Shown in pieces: positions 62,404-64,000 of a DNA stretch of 64,000 nt; position 1 is the first letter of the stretch; each line of letters starts with the position of its first letter. The notes beneath the pieces are model-generated. The model worked only from the letters and a program-made list of their open reading frames with translations, ran no database searches and was not told the DNA's origin. The stretch lies in contig QCDI01000003.1 in assembly GCA_003280965.1 (NCBI GenBank), forward strand, positions 32,001-96,000, in the 5' to 3' direction. Made by a program: the position numbers and the translations under genes. Source of the DNA: Prochlorococcus sp. AG-355-B18 (GTDB lineage Bacteria > Cyanobacteriota > Cyanobacteriia > PCC-6307 > Cyanobiaceae).

Positions 62404-63747
62404 GTGACAAATAATCAGCAAGAAAAATTATTTTCAAACAAACTTATACAAAACTTTTTAGATAATGAACCTACATCGTCCTTAGAAAACAAATATAAAT
62501 TTGCTGAAATTGCATCTTCTTTAGCATATTATTTAAAAACTTTTTCCAACATAAATAAACTACTTGATTACATATGCTTAATTTTCAAACATGTCTTTAA
62601 TGAAAAAATAATTTTTATTATTCCTTTAAATTACGAAGGAGAAATATGGTTTGAAAACATTAAAATTTCTGCTAATGATAAATCTTTTAAAATTCAAGAA
62701 GAAATTAAAAGTTGTTTTAATCAATTTAATTTTTCTAAAAATTTCAAAATTAAAGAAATTCTTATTTTTGAAAATGTTTTAAAAAAAATTTTTAAAAATT
62801 ATAGAATTGAAACAGAAAAAATATTATCTAGAGGTAAATGTAGAGGATTTATTTACATTTTAAGCAAAGATTTGACTGGTAATTCTATTAGAGATGATCG
62901 TAATTTTAATTTTATTCAAAATTCTCTTGCTGTTGGATTAGAAAATTACTGCTTAATAAAAGAAAAGAAAAAGCATGAGAACGTTGATAGAGAGATTTCT
63001 ACAGGGGCTGAGATACAATCTCAATTACTCCCAGATTATTGTCCATCTATTTATGGTGTTGACCTCGCAGCACATTGTAGACCAGCTCTCCAATTAGGAG
63101 GCGATTACTATGACTTTATGTGTCTAAAGACGAATATTTCAGAAAAAAGAAAAGAAAAAGCTAGATGGGCCTTAGTTATAGGTGATGTTATGGGTAAAGG
63201 TATTCCTGCCGGTCTTTTGATGACTATGCTACGAGGAATGCTGCGTGCAGAGGTTCTTACAGGGTTACCTCCGGATAGAATTTTGCATGATTTGAATCAA
63301 CTAGCAATAAATGATTTAGATCAATCACATAGATTCGTTACATTATTTTATTCAGATTATGATCCTAGGACTAGAAAATTGAGATTTGCAAATGCGGCTC
63401 ATAATCCTCCGTTGCTTTGGAAAAGCTCAGATCAGAAAATTATAAAATTAGATGCTGAAGGATTTGTACTCGGACTACAAAAAGAAGCTGAATATCAATG
63501 TAGTGAAATCAAGCTTAGTGAAAATGATTTAGTGCTTTATTATACTGACGGAGTAATAGATACCTCTAATTCTTTAGGAGAAAGATTTGATGAAAAAAGG
63601 TTAATTAAAATTTTTACAAGATTATGCAAGCAATCTTTTACATCTCAAGAAATTTTAAATAAAATATTTAAAAAGTTAGATGATTTCACAGGACAAAATA
63701 GACATCTTGAGGATGATGCATCTATGGTTATTTTTCAATTGAAATAG
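62404..63747 (+). CDS. PP2C/SpoIIE (RsbU-like) serine/threonine phosphatase
   Basis: IQSQLLP, LGGDYYDF, IGDVMGKG, NAAH, YTDGV, DDASM. Confidence 0.93.
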   Translation: MTNNQQEKLFSNKLIQNFLDNEPTSSLENKYKFAEIASSLAYYLKTFSNINKLLDYICLIFKHVFNEKIIFIIPLNYEGEIWFENIKISANDKSFKIQEEIKSCFNQFNFSKNFKIKEILIFENVLKKIFKNYRIETEKILSRGKCRGFIYILSKDLTGNSIRDDRNFNFIQNSLAVGLENYCLIKEKKKHENVDREISTGAEIQSQLLPDYCPSIYGVDLAAHCRPALQLGGDYYDFMCLKTNISEKRKEKARWALVIGDVMGKGIPAGLLMTMLRGMLRAEVLTGLPPDRILHDLNQLAINDLDQSHRFVTLFYSDYDPRTRKLRFANAAHNPPLLWKSSDQKIIKLDAEGFVLGLQKEAEYQCSEIKLSENDLVLYYTDGVIDTSNSLGERFDEKRLIKIFTRLCKQSFTSQEILNKIFKKLDDFTGQNRHLEDDASMVIFQLK

Positions 63748-63807
63748 ATATTTTTTGTCACCTATATAAAAAAATGCTTTATTAGATATATAAAGTTATT
63801 AATTGAT

Positions 63808-64000
63808 ATGGCAAAAGTTTGGAGTAAAAGATTTGATAATACACTTAATCCTTTCATTGAAAAGTTTAATGCTTCAATTGGTTTTGATAGAAAGCTTATT
63901 TTAGAAGATTTAGATTGTTCGATTGCCCATGCAAAAATGCTTGGTAAAACGCAAGTTTTATCCTCTTCTGAAACTTTGCAAATACTAAATGGTTTAGAGA
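63808..64000 (+). CDS. argH: Argininosuccinate lyase, N-terminus (runs off window)
   Basis: MAKVWSKRF...[11 protein letters not shown]...[12 protein letters not shown]. Confidence 0.93.
   Translation, partial: MAKVWSKRFDNTLNPFIEKFNASIGFDRKLILEDLDCSIAHAKMLGKTQVLSSSETLQILNGLE

Overview
Low-GC (AT-rich), densely packed, streamlined picocyanobacterial core-genome segment. Gene content and order identify it as Prochlorococcus marinus, most likely a high-light clade (assignment from recalled gene order and protein sequences, not a search). The window spans the chromosomal replication origin, which lies in the thrC-dnaN intergenic region (about 49116-49452) and carries DnaA boxes, DnaA-trios and an AT-rich unwinding element. 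It holds about 58 housekeeping or conserved CDSs running from partial mnmG to partial argH, plus one tRNA-Val(TAC). I found no mobile elements, prophage, CRISPR array, rRNA or clear pseudogenes. I did not find a convincing wholly new multi-gene system. The best candidate is the 1.5-4.9 kb block: a disordered unknown protein, a SprT protease, a membrane-anchored unknown, a phage-type ATP-dependent DNA ligase and an unlisted 50-aa ORF. The other findings are smaller cis-element and protein-architecture observations.
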